From: Corallochytrium limacisporum Hawaii
Taxonomy: Eukaryota > Protista > Pluriformea
Length of the DNA: 64,000 nucleotides
Reading direction: 5' to 3'
Assembly: GCA_002811645.1 (NCBI GenBank)
Contig: PDIP01000064.1
Location: forward strand, 30,521-94,520
Positions within the stretch are counted from its first letter, which is position 1, and each line of letters begins with the position of its first letter. The notes beneath the pieces are model-generated. The model saw only the letters and a list, made by a program, of their open reading frames with translations. It did no database searches and was not told the DNA's origin. Position numbers and translations under genes: made by a program. Positions 1 through 12,037 of this stretch are shown piece by piece.

Positions 1-195
1 CTGATTTACCTGCTGCGCCAACGCTGATAGGTATATGGTGTTGGAAACCCAAGACCCATACCATCCCCGGTCGAAATCGCAAGCTCCAAACATCTCCATG
101 CCCAATCACTGCGTCCGACGCACGCGCAGGAACGCTTGCCCAGTGTACCAGTTTTCGCTGACTTTCGCATCTGTGGCCCTGCAAGACTGGAATTT

Positions 196-218
196 GTGTG
201 TGTGTATGTGTGTGTGTG
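196..218. repeat. (TG)n microsatellite
   Basis: tgtgtgtgtgtatgtgtgtgtgtgt. Confidence 0.8.
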
Positions 219-1140
219 TTGCGGTGGACACAAGGGTTTCACTAAGGTCAACGAGGAAGGAACGGTTTGGGAAGAAACATAACACAGTGGAAGAAGCCGG
301 ACTTGTATTGTGGTGGAAACCGAAGCAGTGGCTCACGGCGAGCACACTGGTGGCGGTACATTTTCTATCTCGGCCCCCCCCTATCAAAGCAAGGGGCCGC
401 GCCTCCCGCTGGGGCGCTGGCTGTTTCTGGTTCGAACCCCTACCCACGTACACTGCGGGGAGCACACACACACCCCCCTCCCCCACACACGGGCTTCCAT
501 TGCCCATCCCCCTGGTTCTCCAGCCCAGTTCCCCTGCCCCCAAAACCCTACCAAGGGCTTTTTCCTCTGCTTTCCCTTTTCTTTTTTTTTGTTTATGAAA
601 GAAGCTTTGGACGGGCGACCGGGCTAAATCAAAGGGAGCGGGAAGGGCGCTGAAGCGTGGCGAACTGATTCGCGAAATATTCACGGGCCTACCCCAGGGG
701 GGACTTTGTTGGGTTACGGGGAGACCCGAGGCGTGTTTCCACCGCACGCTTAGTATGGCGCTGGCCCTGCACTTCCCGCCCAAAGTTCAAATTAAATAGG
801 CCCCCGTTGGTATTCAGGGCGACTGGGGCCCCAGCTCCGCGTTCGGAACACAAACCCGGAAGGCATCGTCGGGGGGCATTGAGACCAAAGAAAGGGGCGG
901 TCTCACGGGCTCATTGCCTCAGCTATTTTCGGGCGACGGCCTGCTTGAAGTGTTCTCTGATAGTCCTTTCGACGCGGTCGTGTTTCATAATGCTGCAACC
1001 TGGGTTGATCACAATACGAAGAACACGAAGAGACGCTGCGGACACACAACAGCTCCGACTTCTGCCACATAACCATGTACTACCAGGACAACCAAAGCGC
1101 GACCTAGGCTTAAAGAAAACCTGTTTTATCACTTAAAATT

Positions 1141-3324
1141 ATGGAAACTGATAAGGGTAAAGATCCAGAATCTGTTTCTGAACAGACCAATAACGATTCT
1201 CAACCATATTCTCAACAGTACCATGAGCTGCTAGTGGATCAGGCTTTTGCCCGTAACGAGGCTGATCGAAGAAGACTCGCCCAGACCAGCCCCCGCGCTC
1301 AGGTATCAATCGGGTCATCTTCGTCGGCATCTATACTTAGCCCACGGGCCCGGGCTATGCGGGCTCAGGAGAAACAGGCTCGACTCTACCAACTGAACAC
1401 TGATCAGGAAGCCGCCACGGGTAATGGCTTTATGGATACGCCCAATGGTGCATCAGAGCTAGCCGCTGAAAATGACCCACGAATGCACCCTGGAGCCGGT
1501 CTAAGTAACACCCATTGGAATCAGTTCCTGCACGAGGTCCAGGCGGCCGACGCGGCGCGGGAAGCGCGGTTGAAGGAGACTCAGGCAACTGTTGTCGGAG
1601 CGCAGAGCAGCCTCCTGGACTACGTTCGCGAGCTTAGTGCACAGGTCTCGAGCTTGGACAGTCAGCTGCAGGCCAGCATTGACGAAGTGGCGCTGAAGAG
1701 CCGGCATATTGAAGAACTTCAGGATCAGCTTATGGAAGCCACCTCGCGGGCAAGGAAACAACAGGAGACATACGCACACCAAATCCATCATGCAGAGGAC
1801 TTTAGCGCGAGTGCCGCCGATCGGTTGACAGTGATGGAGGCCGAGGCTGAGGATCGGAAACGTGAAATCAGAGAACTACGGGAACGACTACATGAAGCAA
1901 AGGTCACTATCAAGGAGAAGAGTGAGCTCATAAGACAGCTGGAAGATGACACCGCAGCCGTCGAACGGGAACTCAATTTAGTAAGGCAGAATCGCAGGAC
2001 AAAGGAGGATCGCCTTGAAGACCAAGTAAGAGCTCAGGAGAAATTTATAAAACGGCTGGCAAGGATGGGCAAGACACAGGAATCGACATCTCAGCAGGCA
2101 TCAGCACCGAGTGTGCCTCCGTTTCCGTATGTGCTGCCCACGGCCCCCGTACAATCGCCCGTCGAAAACTCACTGCAACGTGAGCTCCAATCTTTGCACC
2201 AGCGCTTCAATGATATTGAACAACGGACCCGCAATGAGAAGCAACAACAGACTCTGGAGGCCATGGCCGAGGAACTCAAGACGGTACGGCAGGAGACACA
2301 AGAACTGAGAGCGAGACTGGTGGCGAAGAGCTCGCCACCGGTTGTCTCCGCGGCCGCGCCAAGGGTGGATAATTTGCAGACTGTGGCAGCAAATCCCCCA
2401 CACGCCGCTTCCACGAGCACTGCTGCTGCGGCTAGTTCGTCGCCCAAGAGATTGGACGCTCCGGTAGCACCAGCATCCCCAGGTTACCGAGAACCACCAA
2501 TCGTACAGGAATCAGCCGCCAAGGCACAGGCAGAGGCTTCCTTGCGCAATCTACAGCGTGAGATGCGCAATATGGAGCAATCCCTGCGACGGGAACGCGG
2601 ACTCCGACTGGGCCACGAAGCTGAATTGGAAGCTCTTCGTATTCGAACTCCCCAAGTTCCTGGTGCCGGTAGTAACACTGGGGCAGCGACAAGTCCAGGA
2701 TCCAGGTATGGACATACTAACTCGGCGCGCTCCTCGTTCTCTCGGCGCCACGACAGCGGAATTGATCACACCAGCATGTTTCACTCTCAGAGCACATCCA
2801 GCGTAGGTCGGTCTCCGGTGAAGACGGCCGCTTACATCGACCGGAGCACCATCAGCGGCGCTTCCGGAGGCGGGCCAGCCCGGTCAGTTGGACCCAGCGG
2901 GCGTCTGACGTTCTATAACAACAATACCGGCACCTCCGGCCATATCGCCGGTGCGTACCAATTCTACAGTGGCGGCAACTTTCCGGCTCGAGGACGGCCT
3001 CACATGACCGCGCCAGCTGGGTCACCGCTAGGTCAGCCGTCCCCGGGCCAGCGACGGAGGCAGTATACCTCCAGCAGTCCGGTCTCACAACGTCGCCGCG
3101 AGGTGGAGTATGTCCTTCTCGAAGACAAGCTGCAGGACGCATTCTTGGCCAGTGAGAATCTGAAGCAGGCCACTGACCGTCTGGTCAACCGCATTGAGCT
3201 GCTAAACACAAGCGGAGCTCCAAGTCCTCATGCTCCGACCACAGACACAATGAGGCCAGACAAGCACAACGGCGACTCGGAGTATGACGAGGACGAGGAT
3301 ACGGACGAGTCTGACGGTTACTGA
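1141..3324 (+). CDS. Hypothetical coiled-coil protein (727 aa) with a low-complexity S/G/P-rich C-terminal half
   Basis: Long ATG-initiated ORF with E/Q/R/L heptad-rich segments and an acidic tail; no family recognised. Confidence 0.8.
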   Translation: METDKGKDPESVSEQTNNDSQPYSQQYHELLVDQAFARNEADRRRLAQTSPRAQVSIGSSSSASILSPRARAMRAQEKQARLYQLNTDQEAATGNGFMDTPNGASELAAENDPRMHPGAGLSNTHWNQFLHEVQAADAAREARLKETQATVVGAQSSLLDYVRELSAQVSSLDSQLQASIDEVALKSRHIEELQDQLMEATSRARKQQETYAHQIHHAEDFSASAADRLTVMEAEAEDRKREIRELRERLHEAKVTIKEKSELIRQLEDDTAAVERELNLVRQNRRTKEDRLEDQVRAQEKFIKRLARMGKTQESTSQQASAPSVPPFPYVLPTAPVQSPVENSLQRELQSLHQRFNDIEQRTRNEKQQQTLEAMAEELKTVRQETQELRARLVAKSSPPVVSAAAPRVDNLQTVAANPPHAASTSTAAAASSSPKRLDAPVAPASPGYREPPIVQESAAKAQAEASLRNLQREMRNMEQSLRRERGLRLGHEAELEALRIRTPQVPGAGSNTGAATSPGSRYGHTNSARSSFSRRHDSGIDHTSMFHSQSTSSVGRSPVKTAAYIDRSTISGASGGGPARSVGPSGRLTFYNNNTGTSGHIAGAYQFYSGGNFPARGRPHMTAPAGSPLGQPSPGQRRRQYTSSSPVSQRRREVEYVLLEDKLQDAFLASENLKQATDRLVNRIELLNTSGAPSPHAPTTDTMRPDKHNGDSEYDEDEDTDESDGY

Positions 3325-3936
3325 GCGTTCACTTAACATGAAAGTATTTGAGTAAAGTGCAAACGTGACAATTGAAGATAGTCGTGCGGTCATGTGTTGT
3401 TTCGTCTGGACGTGGAAGCCAGCCCCAAGAAAGCGGGGTGCTTGAGAGTCACCAGCTCCCTTAAATTTCCAGGCATGATGGTTTTGCATGCGGGAACTAT
3501 CGTACCTATTCTGCTACAAGAAGAATTATCTGGTCGACGACCTTTTTGGTCGCAAATTCGGTGCGCTGCAAGACGTCGGGATCTCTATCTCTCAAGAACC
3601 CCCGTGAACTTAAACCGCAAGGAAATTCCCGAGTGACTTTACATAGTCTTCTGCCCTGTGGTAAAATCTTATAGAAGTACAGTCCATGGACAGAAACGAC
3701 ATGGAATCCTTGGCGGATCTTGCCTTTGACCCCACCGCCCGGGAGTTCACCCCCCAAAGTTTAGCGCTTATTTTTTTTTTCTGGGTTTCTATATATTGTG
3801 TGTGTGTTGCTGGGGTGGGACCGACCACTGTGCGCAGTCGCAACTAAGAATAGAAGCGCCCCTCTCAACACACACACACCCCACCCAACCAACCCTTCCC
3901 TCGAAGCTGGGCGAAGGGGCCCCCGGGGGGGGGGGG

Positions 3937-4023
3937 NNNNNNNNNNNNNNNNNNNNNNNNNNNNNNNNNNNNNNNNNNNNNNNNNNNNNNNNNNNNNNNN
4001 NNNNNNNNNNNNNNNNNNNNNNN
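3937..4023. other. Assembly gap (N run) flanked by poly-G
   Basis: Run of N in the sequence. Confidence 0.99.
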
Positions 4024-5590
4024 GGGGGTGCGCGACGGGCCCAAACAAAGGAACCCCCAAACACCGGGGACGAGCGAGGTAAAGCACACAGAGAGAGAGA
4101 GAGAGATTTTGAGAGACTGACTGCATGTGTGGGGATGTGGTGTGATGTCGACTCCTTGTTCCCTGTCTGTTGGTAACATTTTATATACTTGGCATCCTCG
4201 TGTTCTTGGGTGGTGGTCTGGGTGCCTTTTTCTCGTTCTGCTCCCCTTTTCGGCACTTTCTGCGTCCCCCCCCCCGGGGAGAGAGGTGGGTCCGGCACAC
4301 GTGGACCAGGGGCCCGCGCCGTTCGAGACTCTCTCTCTCTCTCTCGCTCTCTGTGCTTTGTGAAAATGACCCACGATGAAATCGGCCAGAGTCCCTTCTT
4401 TTCTTTCTTTCTTTCCTTTTTTTTTCCCCCTTTTTGTTTGTTTTCGTCGGTTGGAGTACGAAATGAGCCATATGTTCACTATTAATTAGAACGGGCCCTA
4501 CGGTCAGGAGTAAGGAAAAAGCCCATTTAAATTCTTCCGCACCTCCTCCTCCCTCCGCCGGGGGCGCTGGTAGTGGTAGTACTGAAAAAAAGCCTTTTGG
4601 CCCTGGGGCCTCCCGGGCGGGGGGGGGGAGGGTTTTGTTCTTTCTTCGTCCCTGAAACTTTTCTTTCCCCCCCCCCCCCGGGGGGAAGGCTTCGCGTGCC
4701 GCGGCAAGCCCAAGGAATAAAACAAATAACGGAGGGAGAGAAATAATGGAAAAAAAAAAGAAAAGGTAAAATAACCACCAGCCCCCAGACCGAGCTATTT
4801 TCTTAATTCCATTTTTTTATTATTGCGCGGTTCCCTTCTCCCTCTCTCTTGGCCCTCCTCCCCTCCCTCCGAGTCGGCGCGCGCAGGTTCGAGTGTGTGT
4901 GTGTGTTTCGGGACCGGTCGTTAAAAAATTTTCTCTCGTTCTTTTCTGTTCTTTTCCGGCGCTCTGTGCCGCGGCTCTTGGGGCCCCGGGGAAGTGCGCC
5001 TGTGCACGGGTGCGGATTTCATTCTTTTTTTTTTAACCATTTCCAAAGGGGGGCCACCAACCAAAAAAAGGAGAGAAAATTGGCCAGTCTTGAAAACCCG
5101 CCCCGTCCTGGCCTGGTACACACTCTGCGCAGATTTTACAAAAAAAAAATGGAGAAGGGAGGGAGAAGAGGGGGGGAGGTGAGAGAGGGCCGGGCGCCCC
5201 AGTATAGCCCGCCGCGTATGACGTGGGGTTGGTGGCTGTGAGAGTTGTGTGGGTGGGTGTGGAAGTGAAGGAAGCCTTGGCACGGATGCTTGGGATGCGG
5301 TGATGACCATGGAGATGGGAGTGAAGGCCGCCAACGCGGCGGTGGCGTCATGAATGTAATATTTGCCAAGCCTTTGTGAGACAGAGAAGGTTGAAAAGTA
5401 GTAACGTTGAAATCAAGAAGATGTCAACCCAAAAGAGTTCCTTGCTTTTGTAGGTAGGTGTACTTTCCGGTACCGGTTTCGTATCCAGACACCCATTCCA
5501 ATGGAAAGTAAGTGATAGTTCGCAAAATGACATGGGCCTAATTCAATTAAGGTAGTGTAGATCCACACACAACAGGCTATAGCAAAGACA

Positions 5591-6814
5591 ATGGCGCCTA
5601 ATGTCAATGGTTGTGCCGAGCGGCGCGTCGACGAGTATGGCCGTCCGGTCGATACCATGGACTTTAGCAGCATCAGCTCGGGAAAGAAGATGCCGTTCAG
5701 CACCATCAGCACCGTCAGCGACAACCCGAATGACTTCTCGGTGCTGACATATTATTTCTGCTTAGTAGTGCCTGCGGTCCAGGCAAGTTCCATATACTTT
5801 GGGGGCCACATGGTTTGGTTCCCACTCATCTTCACGTTTGGTCTGATCCCCATTGCTGATACCCTGTGCGGCACCAGCAAGCTCAATCCTTCCAAGGAGC
5901 TCGAAAAGAAATTGGACACCGAAGTCCAGTATCGTCTTGTGCCCGTTGTCTGGTGTGTTGCTCAGACCACTATTTTGCTTGTTGGCATGGTCTGGGGAGT
6001 GCAGCCAGAGCGCACCAGGGAAGAATTCATTGGATCCATCTTCGCTGTTGGTCTCGGCTCCGGCATGGGGATCAACGTCGCCCATGAACTCGGTCACAAG
6101 CGATCATCCTGGGAGCCATTACTGGCTCAGTATCTGCTGGCCTTGACCTCTTACATGCATTTCCAGATTGAGCACGTCGAGGGTCATCACTGGAACGTTG
6201 CCACTCCGCTTGATCCGGCCACCGGTCACTACAATGAATCATTCTATAGTTTCTGGCCCCGCACTGTCTATGGTTCATATGCCTCGGCTTGGGCCATTGA
6301 GAACAACCGCGTGGCCAAAAAGAGTCTGCCGTGGTACCAGAACATGATGATCTGGTACACCACGATCCCCATACTTTTAGTTTGCGGGGCCGGCAAGGTC
6401 CTCGGTCCATGGGGCGCCGTGTTCTTTGTGGGACAGTCAGTGTTCGGTTTCACCCTGCTTGAGCTTGTCAACTACATTGAACACTACGGCCTGCAGCGCA
6501 AAGAGATTGCCCCCGGTCGCTACGAGAGAGTGCGCCCGATCCACTCCTGGAATTCTGATCAGCGTGTGACCAACAACCTGCTCTTCAAGCTGCAGCGTCA
6601 CTCGGACCACCATGCGTTCCCGTGTCGCCGGTACCAGATTCTGCGCTCCTTTGACGAGAGCCCGCAGTTGCCCTCCGGCTACGCGACTTGCATCCTCATT
6701 GCTGCCGTGCCGTCTCTGTGGTTCCGCATAATGAACCCCAAGGTTGAAGAATTCAACAAGTGGGTTGAAGAATCTCGCAAGGACATGGAGGCCAGAGGAA
6801 TCAAAATCGAATGA
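5591..6814 (+). CDS. alkB: Alkane 1-monooxygenase (AlkB family, membrane di-iron hydroxylase)
   Basis: All AlkB histidine boxes are present: HELGH, EHVEGHH, the HYG motif NYIEHYGL and LQRHSDHHA; also VATPLDPA, HSWN and PQLPSGY; several TM segments. Confidence 0.93.
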   Translation: MAPNVNGCAERRVDEYGRPVDTMDFSSISSGKKMPFSTISTVSDNPNDFSVLTYYFCLVVPAVQASSIYFGGHMVWFPLIFTFGLIPIADTLCGTSKLNPSKELEKKLDTEVQYRLVPVVWCVAQTTILLVGMVWGVQPERTREEFIGSIFAVGLGSGMGINVAHELGHKRSSWEPLLAQYLLALTSYMHFQIEHVEGHHWNVATPLDPATGHYNESFYSFWPRTVYGSYASAWAIENNRVAKKSLPWYQNMMIWYTTIPILLVCGAGKVLGPWGAVFFVGQSVFGFTLLELVNYIEHYGLQRKEIAPGRYERVRPIHSWNSDQRVTNNLLFKLQRHSDHHAFPCRRYQILRSFDESPQLPSGYATCILIAAVPSLWFRIMNPKVEEFNKWVEESRKDMEARGIKIE

Positions 6815-6952
6815 ATTGATCTTGTACCACTATAGTGTAAATATATTTATAGAACGAATCGCATACCATATTGACCACACTGAACACCGCCACACATTCG
6901 GTCCAAAACCCGCGCTGCCGCGCCGTGCCGCAGTGCCAACACATGCTCCTGT

Positions 6953-9900
6953 TCAGATGTTCAGATTGGGGATGTCCGCGGAGACCGGTGTCATCATCCC
7001 AGACTCTCCAAACAGGTCCGCGAGTGATGCAGCGCTGCCAATGCTGCCAGATCGTCGTAGCACAGGCATCATTAACGGGGACATGGGCGCGTGGTGGTGA
7101 GTTTCGGCAATCACACCCTTGCGTAGCAGCTCGCGTATCTTTTGTTTGCTGTAAGTATAGCCAATCTTGAGCAGATCGTTGAAGTGCTGGAAGTCGGTGA
7201 TAGAGTAGTTGAAGATGTCATCAGAACGGAGGTAGTGGTACCGTTCATTGGCCTTGATACCCTCAAGGTGCTGCGCACACGCCGCGTAGGCCAGACGGCT
7301 CTGGATTTCGTCCAGGTTTGGGACACGAACTTTTTCGCTGAAGGGATTGTACCGGTTGGCAAGCAGGTACCAGCCGCTAATGTCGTCGCCGTAGTTGTAA
7401 AAATCGGATTCGTCTTCGGCGCCAATGTCATGTGCGATAATGATCTTCGCGCCGAAGCGTTGAGCCATGATGTCGGCAGGCAGATTGTTCAAATATCCAC
7501 CGTCCACGAGCAGGGCACCCGTCTCCGGATCTGTGATGGGTGGGAAATACCCAGCGAGGGTCATGCTCGCACGGCAATAGCGCCACAAACAGCCATACTC
7601 GTGTGACCGGAGCTTCGAGCTGGAAATATCGGTTGAAGTGCAGAAAAATGGCACCCACAGATCCTCAATCTGCACATTGCCCAGAATGGAATGGATCACT
7701 GCATTAAACGTACGACCGGTCATCATCGCTGTGGTCGGATAGGTCAGATCAAAGATGTAGTTCCTGAGGCTCGAGAATGCGGAACACAGTTCCCGCATCG
7801 TCATTTCCGTCTGCTCCATGTCCTGATACTGTGCGTAGATCGCAGCGACCATAGCACCCATAGATGTGCCACCAACCATGTCAACAGGGATATTTTCTTC
7901 CGTTAGGACGTGCAATAAGCCTACGTGGGAAACACCCCGGGCTCCACCACCACCGAGGACAACACCAATCGCCTTGCCCAAGAGTCGTCGGGCACATCGA
8001 TCCATGTCACTCCTGCACTGGCGCTCGTCCCGATTTTCCTTGAGCACGATCTCATCCGCACTGTCCTCACTGCTGAGGTCGTCGGAGGCCTGTCCACTGG
8101 AATTGGAGTGGGGTCCCATTTCCCAACCTCCTACAGAAGTCCTCCGTTCAAGGCCATTCTCACTATGCATGTCGGGCGAGTCCAAGGAAATGCTATCATC
8201 TTTGCCACTGACAAAGTCGGCAGCTGTGGCGGACAGGGATCGGCGCAAAGCCATCTGCAGTTGAGCCAGCGGAAAATCAGAGTCTTCTTTCGACCTACTC
8301 TTCTGGGTTTTGGCCACCGATGGCAACATACTTTCCGGGACACGGATGTGGTGATGGATGGTGACACCATCAATAGCACGCAGCCATTCCCTAGTGCCTG
8401 TGGGCATCTTCAGGTCTGACGGGTGCAACAGTACCAGGTGTTTTTGAATGCGTCTGGCCAGACCGGGGAATCTCTTCGTGACCTCGTCTACACGGGGTTC
8501 ATCGTTGCCACGGGCTACCAAGATAAACAAATCGGCCTGACGAATGCAGCGCTGGGTCCACGCCTTTGATACAGGACTTCTTGAGGTGTCCGGCAAATAG
8601 ACCAATAGTTGGTTACCGGATTCCTTCTCACTCAAGTAATGGATCAGCTCGTATTCCCGATTCGGTGCAAACGCATCTTTGCCCATAGCATCAAGGACAT
8701 CCTCCATGGTTATCACCACTGTGGGGCGGATACTGTTTAGCGAGTGCTCGAACCGCTTCACAAATTCATGGAGAGGCACATTGTCACCGATAGGTACCAC
8801 CGCAATCGTTGCAATATTGGGATTCGACTTGACCAGATTCTCGCTAGGCCGAGTGGGTTGCGATGCTTTGTTCCGATAGCTGTTCATCAACTTCTTGCCC
8901 AACATTTCAGTGAAGTACATCATGACCTCGGGGTACTTTCGTCGCAAATAGTCGAATAGTGGACGCGGGATCATGGCAAGTTCCGTGTCACGAATGGTCT
9001 TTACGCTGGATGCCCGCTTGGAATTAGTCAACAACTCCAACTCACCGACCACTTCACCGCGGCCATATTCAATCACAGTAATCAACGCGTCATCCTTGGT
9101 CTCATCAATATCCACAGACTTCATCCGCTGATGATCCTTTGCGCGCAGCGTTCTGGTATTTCGCAGCTTCTTCGCCTTCTCAATTGGATCGTCGTGCCGC
9201 ATAATACCCCGGAGGCGACCGCTGAGCACAATGTAAATAGCGTCTGCGTCATCGCCTTGCTTGTATATGTACTCACCTGTAGTTTTGTACAACCAATGGA
9301 AGGCAAAGTCCATTTGACGCACTTCCTTAGCCAGCCTACCACTGAACACATTGCACAGTCGATATAGAATATAAGGGTACTCGACAACGTGCCGATCCAC
9401 ATCCGAGTCCGACATTTCCAGCAGAACGACTTCAGTTTCAGCTCGAATATTGACAATACTGGCTTCGCCTGACATGTAGCCCATCTGACCCAAAATCTCT
9501 CCCGCGTGGGCAGTGTACAGCAATCTCTCTTCGCCGGTGTCTACATCTGGAACATTGACACTGCATGAGCCTGCCACAATATAGCCCAAAGCTCCCAAGC
9601 GTTCTCCGGCATTGATGAAGTGCGCACCCTTTTTGCGACGGACCAGATGCATGTCAGCTTTCAGCTTCTCCTGGATGGCTGCAAAGGACGTCAGAGAGCC
9701 TTGTGACGCCGTATCCTCTTGTGGGTTGGGACCATTCTGTTGAGAAATTTGCTCACTGTGGGAGCTCTTAATGCTCATGCTCTCCACGGACCGCTCCTCG
9801 AGTTTGTTTTCTAAGTCTGTGCGCAGGTGCTGCATGAGAGACGTGTCCTCTTTTCCAGGGCTGGTCACGGTCACCTCGGCCACGGTGGGCATGAGCAATT

Positions 9901-10999
9901 CTGCAAACTTTTGTTTTGCCTCATCGACATCGGACCGAAGCTCCTCTGCATTTTCATTCTGCATCTCCTTGCTTCTCCGAATCGGGTTGCGCATATTGGC
10001 GGGCTTATCAGACTCCACAAGTTTTGTGGTGATACCGAGGTAAGAATACAGAGTTCCCAGGGTCACGCGCTGCATGCGTGTCAACATCACTGAGAGAATT
10101 TTCTTGAATAGCAATGGCTCTCGACCGAGAACATCTTTCATTCGTGTGAGCGGAATTACCATCACCTCCGTGCTGTTCACCTCAGCCATTGCGTCAATGT
10201 CCTGCAAGGCTCCCGTACCGCTAACCAGTTCAAATATCTGCAGCAGGGACATTAAATGTTCTCCTTCCCGCACAACACTTATTTTGACCTTCTCACCATC
10301 ATCTTCTTGCAGGTAAACGGCCAGTGAGCCCTTGCGCACGATATAGAAACTGGGGGTGGACATGTCCAACGTCTGCCCCTTTCTCAGGGTTACGGTCATG
10401 GCCTCTCTGTAGACTGCGTCAAACACTTTCTGTGTATACTTACCAAAAATTCGAAAAATGTTCAAGGCGTAAAAGATTTCTGGAGGCAAAGCACTGCCGT
10501 AAACATTGAACGGGTTGTACTCACCGTCGTATTCGTCTGCACCTTCTCTTTCGGCCAGGCTGTCAAGATTACTAAGAGACATCTGACGGCCAATGGAGGC
10601 CAGATCCCGACGCTCACCTGAAGATGTGCTACTACTATCGTCTAGTCCTCGCAGTGGTCTCGTCAGCAAGTCCTTGAGCTTTCTGCGCAGGCCCCGCCGT
10701 TGGTAGCCGCGCTTCAGGCGGGTCCACGACCGCTTCGCCCGAAGCTTAGCAGCCTGTCGTTCCCGTGCCTGCCTTGTTGGTCTACCAAGCAAGATCCATA
10801 GCAGAACCACAAGGAAAAATGTGCAAATAGCATAATTTATGTAGGGCAAGATCCAATGCTGGGTCTCCAGGAGGATGTGCCAGTCAACCAACAGTTGAAT
10901 GTAGGTCTCAACCAAGGCACCTACAGCCACATATGCGTTTTCGGGCAACGCGGAGAGAGTCTGTGCCCACACCTCCAATGTCTCCTCAATGGAATCCAT
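6953..10999 (-). CDS. NTE1: Neuropathy target esterase / lysophospholipase NTE1 (PNPLA6/7 family)
   Basis: N-terminal TM, three cNMP-binding domains, and a patatin domain with GGGARG, GTSMG and DGG motifs. Confidence 0.95.
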   Translation of the reverse strand: MDSIEETLEVWAQTLSALPENAYVAVGALVETYIQLLVDWHILLETQHWILPYINYAICTFFLVVLLWILLGRPTRQARERQAAKLRAKRSWTRLKRGYQRRGLRRKLKDLLTRPLRGLDDSSSTSSGERRDLASIGRQMSLSNLDSLAEREGADEYDGEYNPFNVYGSALPPEIFYALNIFRIFGKYTQKVFDAVYREAMTVTLRKGQTLDMSTPSFYIVRKGSLAVYLQEDDGEKVKISVVREGEHLMSLLQIFELVSGTGALQDIDAMAEVNSTEVMVIPLTRMKDVLGREPLLFKKILSVMLTRMQRVTLGTLYSYLGITTKLVESDKPANMRNPIRRSKEMQNENAEELRSDVDEAKQKFAELLMPTVAEVTVTSPGKEDTSLMQHLRTDLENKLEERSVESMSIKSSHSEQISQQNGPNPQEDTASQGSLTSFAAIQEKLKADMHLVRRKKGAHFINAGERLGALGYIVAGSCSVNVPDVDTGEERLLYTAHAGEILGQMGYMSGEASIVNIRAETEVVLLEMSDSDVDRHVVEYPYILYRLCNVFSGRLAKEVRQMDFAFHWLYKTTGEYIYKQGDDADAIYIVLSGRLRGIMRHDDPIEKAKKLRNTRTLRAKDHQRMKSVDIDETKDDALITVIEYGRGEVVGELELLTNSKRASSVKTIRDTELAMIPRPLFDYLRRKYPEVMMYFTEMLGKKLMNSYRNKASQPTRPSENLVKSNPNIATIAVVPIGDNVPLHEFVKRFEHSLNSIRPTVVITMEDVLDAMGKDAFAPNREYELIHYLSEKESGNQLLVYLPDTSRSPVSKAWTQRCIRQADLFILVARGNDEPRVDEVTKRFPGLARRIQKHLVLLHPSDLKMPTGTREWLRAIDGVTIHHHIRVPESMLPSVAKTQKSRSKEDSDFPLAQLQMALRRSLSATAADFVSGKDDSISLDSPDMHSENGLERRTSVGGWEMGPHSNSSGQASDDLSSEDSADEIVLKENRDERQCRSDMDRCARRLLGKAIGVVLGGGGARGVSHVGLLHVLTEENIPVDMVGGTSMGAMVAAIYAQYQDMEQTEMTMRELCSAFSSLRNYIFDLTYPTTAMMTGRTFNAVIHSILGNVQIEDLWVPFFCTSTDISSSKLRSHEYGCLWRYCRASMTLAGYFPPITDPETGALLVDGGYLNNLPADIMAQRFGAKIIIAHDIGAEDESDFYNYGDDISGWYLLANRYNPFSEKVRVPNLDEIQSRLAYAACAQHLEGIKANERYHYLRSDDIFNYSITDFQHFNDLLKIGYTYSKQKIRELLRKGVIAETHHHAPMSPLMMPVLRRSGSIGSAASLADLFGESGMMTPVSADIPNLNI

Positions 11000-12037
11000 G
11001 ACTGGGCCGGCGTCAAAATATTATCAACTCTCCTAAATGGCTCGCTCTCGCTTACGCTCTCTGGCCTACCATAGTTCTCCACCTTTGGAGTTTCAGTCCA
11101 AACAGTCGATCAGTTCTGTCTCTCATAGTGCCTTTTCAGCACTATCAACAAAAAGGATTTGTTTGCGTGGATCTTATCAACAGATACCCTCATGGTTGTC
11201 ACTGCCGGTGAGCTTCTGTGCCTAGACATCACGTAGTTTGTCGACGGCAAGTGTTGCTGCTCACCAAACGGCCACTACCTCGAGCACAATGGAGACCCGC
11301 CCCGCTGACTTGGCCGCGGTGACGTCGGGGCGTGATACGCCAAAACCCACGTTGCTCACTCCTCCCTGTACACCGCCCGGTGCAAAAGACGAGTGTTTCC
11401 AATACTAAATATACGCCCAAAACAGGACCGTACGGCTCCGATGGCCAAAAAATCCGAACTCTCTCCTGCTCTGAAATCAGGAAACAACCGGGGTACCAAG
11501 GGTCCAAAAATTTCTTGCGGTCTCCATTGGGGGCCGATTTTATACCGACCGGCAAGCGAGGACCGGCCCCCCATTCCCTTCTGTCGCTCGGGCCAACCCA
11601 GCCCTGCAGCGGGTGCAGCAGCAACTGCGGCTGCTTCGGTGGGGACACTTCCAGTGTATTTGGGGGAACCCCGGGGCGGAGGAGGATCCGCCGCCCTCCC
11701 CCCATTTTTGTTTTCCTGCTCGTCCCTTCTGGTCATTGGTTGTCTATGGGAATGGCGCCAACGGTTCAAACGAGTCGGAGAAACCGGGGAACCAGGGGTC
11801 CTGACGCGCCGCTGTGCGACAAGGGAGTGAGCAAAAGGGTTAATGGCCATAGACATTCAGGGTATTTCGTAAACTATGTGAACATACAACGATTGAATAA
11901 TAGGTAGATGCATTTACTAGGAATCATGAACCGGGATCGTCACAGAAAATGACAGTGTTTGAAACCATGGAGCTGCCATGTAGAGGCCACCTTCTTCCAG
12001 TCAGCATCGAACAGTAAAACCACGAAGTTGACGAACC

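Noticed and set aside
360-445. GGTTCGAACCC resembling a tRNA T-loop/B-box
   Set aside because: No cloverleaf or acceptor stem can be built around it
3761-4479. ORFs spanning N gaps (also 20415-21088)
   Set aside because: Artefacts of ambiguous bases and low-complexity sequence
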